Origin: Thalassobaculaceae bacterium
Lineage (GTDB): Bacteria > Pseudomonadota > Alphaproteobacteria > Thalassobaculales > Thalassobaculaceae
Direction: 5' to 3'
Assembly (NCBI GenBank): GCA_965228875.1
Contig: OZ245843.1
Location: 3,330,616 to 3,394,615 of the forward strand
Length of the DNA stretch: 64,000 nucleotides
Below are positions 61,214-64,000 of this stretch, one piece after another. The translations under genes and the position numbers were made by a program. The notes under the pieces were generated by a model. It saw nothing but the letters and a program-made list of their open reading frames with translations. It was not told the DNA's origin and did not search any database. Each line of letters opens with the position of its first letter. Positions within the stretch are counted from its first letter, which is position 1.

Positions 61214-62059
61214 TCATGTCAGGTCGGAGGCCGCTTTGCTGAGGCGGACATTGAGCCGCCCGTTCACCTCCTCGACGCTCGCGATATCCCGCCCCCTGAC
61301 GACGTAGGCCTCGGGGATCCGCGTCCGGCCGCAAACCCGGAACTCGATCGAGACCCGGTCGCGACTGCATCCCGTCATGTCCTGGGTGGCGTGGAGCGTG
61401 GAGTTGTCGAACAGCAACGCGTCGCCTCCCCTGATCCGCGGCGTGAAGAGCGCCTCCTGAAGCATGGCCCCGAGGTCGCGCTGCAGATGCCTGGACATCG
61501 TGTTGGGATCGATCTGCTCTGCGGATCTGGACTTCTGCTGGGCCTGGAACTGTTCCCAGATACGCTCGGAAACGGCAGGGTTGTTGAGGAACGTCAGTCC
61601 GGGAGCTTCGCCGCCGACATCGTCGAGCGGGACCCAGAAATTGAGCGCCTGATGGTCGCTGCCCAGGAACGTGCCATCCACGTGGAAGCCGAGCGCCTGT
61701 CCGCCCTGCTCCACCCTCTGATGACGAACCGAGCAGTGGTGCACCATGAAGACGTAGTCGTCTCCGAGAAGTTCGACCGCGATCGCGTGCATGGCCGACG
61801 TGCGGAACGCCAGGATCAGGAGTTGAAGCGTCTGCGTGCATTTCGGCACCCGCCGCCCCGCCTGGGCCAGGAAGGAGAACGACTTCGACGACGCCATGCG
61901 GCCCGTAAGGGGCGGCAGGGCGATGGCGCCGAGAATACCCGCCCGTAGGGGGGCGATATGCGGCGGCGCGATCGCGTCGTGGATGTGCAGCGGGAATCCG
62001 ACTCCCCAGGGTCCCCGGCCGATCCGGTGGGTCGCGGTGGTCGGTCCGGGCGTCGTCAT
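61214..62059 (-). CDS. Fe(II)/2-oxoglutarate-type oxygenase (PhyH-like), paralogue 2
   Basis: HVD...H triad, NFWVPLDD, GDALLFD..TLH, RVSIEFR. Confidence 0.7.
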   Translation of the reverse strand: MTTPGPTTATHRIGRGPWGVGFPLHIHDAIAPPHIAPLRAGILGAIALPPLTGRMASSKSFSFLAQAGRRVPKCTQTLQLLILAFRTSAMHAIAVELLGDDYVFMVHHCSVRHQRVEQGGQALGFHVDGTFLGSDHQALNFWVPLDDVGGEAPGLTFLNNPAVSERIWEQFQAQQKSRSAEQIDPNTMSRHLQRDLGAMLQEALFTPRIRGGDALLFDNSTLHATQDMTGCSRDRVSIEFRVCGRTRIPEAYVVRGRDIASVEEVNGRLNVRLSKAASDLT

Positions 62060-62090
62060 CTACGCCCCCTCTCCGATGGTCGGTTCCGCC

Positions 62091-63056
62091 TCAAGTGACC
62101 GCGTCGCCGAGTTCATCCTCGATGAAGGCGCGGATGATGCTCTCCATGTCGGTGTCGCGCTTGAAGCCCATGGCGTTGGCGCGCGCGGTATCGAGACGGG
62201 TCGGCCAGCCATAGACGATCTTCTCGATCACCGGATCCGGCTGCCACTTCACCCGCCCCGCCACCTCGGCGCCGGCCACCGCCTCCAGCGCGTCGACCAT
62301 GCCGCGCACGCTCGCGGTGAAGCCCGGCAGCGGCACCGTCCGCCACGGTCCCCAGGCATCGGCGTCGATATCGTGGGCATGGCGGGTGTTGGCGACGATG
62401 GTGCGCGGACTGGCGAGCCACATCTCGGTTTCCGGGGCCACCGGGCAGATCGCCTCCTCGCCCTGCAGCGGTTCGCGGATGATCGAGCTGGCGAAGGTGG
62501 AGGCCGCCTTGTTCGGCTTGCCCGGCCGCACCACCACCGTCGGGTAGCGCAGGCAGCGGCCGTCCAGGTAACCCTTGCGGCTGTAGTCGTTGACCAGCAG
62601 CTCGCCGATCGCCTTCTGCACGCCGTAGGAGTTCTGCGGGGTGATCTGCTGGTTGTCGCTCACCACCTCGGGCAGGTCGCCGCCATAGACCGCGCAGGAG
62701 CTGGAGAACACGATCCGGGGCTTGTTGCCGTGCTTGCGGGCCAGTTCCAGGATGGTGCGGGTGGCGTCCAGGTTGACCGCCATGCCGAGATCGAAATCCG
62801 CCTCCGCCCCGGCGCTGACCACGGCGGCGAGGTGGAACACGCTGTCGGTATCGGCGCGGATCGCGTCGGCCAGCAGGTCGGGATCCGTGACGTCGCCGAC
62901 GATCGAGCGCACCCGGCCGTCCCCGGTCAGTTCCTCCGGTGCCTCAACCATGTCGGCCAGCACCAGCTCCTCGACGCCGAGCGCATTGTCGTCCAGCAGC
63001 GAGCGGGCGAGCTTCTTGCCCAGGAACCCGGCCCCGCCGGTGATCGCGATCTTCAT
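62091..63056 (-). CDS. denD: D-erythronate dehydrogenase-like extended SDR
   Basis: TGGAGFLG, HLAAVVS, YGVQK, RPGKPNKAASTF.SSIIREPL; next to otnI. Confidence 0.8.
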   Translation of the reverse strand: MKIAITGGAGFLGKKLARSLLDDNALGVEELVLADMVEAPEELTGDGRVRSIVGDVTDPDLLADAIRADTDSVFHLAAVVSAGAEADFDLGMAVNLDATRTILELARKHGNKPRIVFSSSCAVYGGDLPEVVSDNQQITPQNSYGVQKAIGELLVNDYSRKGYLDGRCLRYPTVVVRPGKPNKAASTFASSIIREPLQGEEAICPVAPETEMWLASPRTIVANTRHAHDIDADAWGPWRTVPLPGFTASVRGMVDALEAVAGAEVAGRVKWQPDPVIEKIVYGWPTRLDTARANAMGFKRDTDMESIIRAFIEDELGDAVT

Positions 63057-63204
63057 GGAATCCGTCCCCTGATGAGTTCTTTACGTGTCTTGTTGCCTAT
63101 GGCTGCCGGCGCCGTCTGCACGCAATCCTAGTGCGCCATGGCGGGCCGATCCATGCCCCGTCTGGCGGCGTGCCGGTCAGCGACGTGTACAGCGGTGTGT
63201 CCGG

Positions 63205-63993
63205 TCACCCGGGTCTGCGGGTCGCCGCCTTGAACCAGCCCAGCCCCTCGATGGTACCCGCCCTGGGGCGATATTCGCAGCCGACCCAGCCATCATAGCC
63301 GAGGCGGTCCATGGTCTCGAACAGGTAGGGGTAGTTGACCTCGCCGATGTCCGGCTCGTGGCGCTCCGGCACCCCGGCGATCTGCACGTGGCGCACGATG
63401 TCCAGGTGCTTCTCGAACGTCTTCGCCGTGTCCCCCTGCATGATCTGGACGTGGTAGAAATCGAACTGCAGGCCGACATTGTCGACGCCGACCGCCTCGA
63501 TGATCGTGCGCGCCTGTTCCTGGTAGTTCAGGAAATAGCCGGGGATGTCGCGGGTGTTGATCGGCTCGATGATCAGCGTCTTGCCCTTGGCCGCCGCTTT
63601 AGGCGCGGCGCGCTTCAGGTTGGACACCAGCGTGTCGGTGCAGGCCTCCGGCGTCATGCCCTCGGTCATGATCCCGCTCATCACATGCAGCAGATCATTG
63701 CCGATCACCTCGGCGTAGCTCAGCGCCTTGTCGAGGGCCGCGTCGAACTCCGCCTCGCGCCCCGGCAGGGCCGCGAGCCCCCGCTCGCCCTTGGTCCAAT
63801 CGCCCGGCGGCAGGTTGAACAGCGCCTGGGTCAGACCGGCGGCCTCCAGCTTGGCGCGGATCTCGACCGCCTCGTGCTCATAGGGAAACAGGAACTCCAC
63901 CCCCTCGAACCCGGCCATCTGGGCCGCGTCGAAACGGTCGAGGAAGTCGACCTCGTTGAACATCATCGACAGATTGGCGGCGAATTTCACCAT
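63205..63993 (-). CDS. otnI: 2-oxo-tetronate/hydroxypyruvate isomerase
   Basis: [50 protein letters not shown]. Confidence 0.82.
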   Translation of the reverse strand: MVKFAANLSMMFNEVDFLDRFDAAQMAGFEGVEFLFPYEHEAVEIRAKLEAAGLTQALFNLPPGDWTKGERGLAALPGREAEFDAALDKALSYAEVIGNDLLHVMSGIMTEGMTPEACTDTLVSNLKRAAPKAAAKGKTLIIEPINTRDIPGYFLNYQEQARTIIEAVGVDNVGLQFDFYHVQIMQGDTAKTFEKHLDIVRHVQIAGVPERHEPDIGEVNYPYLFETMDRLGYDGWVGCEYRPRAGTIEGLGWFKAATRRPG

Positions 63994-64000
63994 GGCGTCC

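Overview
A GC-rich (roughly 70% by eye) chromosomal window that looks like a Rhodospirillales-type alphaproteobacterium. It holds about 66 protein-coding genes; I saw no rRNA, tRNA, CRISPR array, IS element or phage gene. Recognisable blocks: a GGDEF protein and acetoacetyl-CoA synthetase; metY behind a SAM-II riboswitch; pepF; a four-gene imelysin/di-haem/imelysin/DUF1513 iron operon with two Fur-type boxes, divergent from a porin; rhodanese-DUF1737-metZ; an FMO; araD; selO; carnitine catabolism genes (cdhC, lcdH) in a run with gmd and puuE; a CoA-transferase/enoyl-CoA hydratase pair; a contiguous ccmABCDEFGHI operon; purEK; a receiver protein, an Hpt protein and an RTX protein; a polar amino-acid ABC transporter; COQ9-def-rpsU; a Co-type nitrile hydratase; azlCD with a CGNR regulator; and denD-otnI. 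The best candidates for something undescribed are: (1) a three-gene envelope module at 31015-33984, made of a small hydrophobic exported protein and two coupled paralogues with signal peptide, Cys-pair periplasmic domain, SHOCT-like helices and a DUF2061-like hairpin; (2) a candidate RpoH-driven sRNA with an anti-Shine-Dalgarno loop at about 37860-37975; (3) a SAM-II riboswitch that appears wired to a transcription terminator; (4) two dispersed paralogous Fe(II)/2OG-type oxygenases; (5) a DgcZ-like cyclase whose CZB domain appears to have lost most zinc ligands. All family calls come from motifs recognised by eye, not from database searches. Start codons were adjusted from the ORF track using RBS position and gene overlaps.
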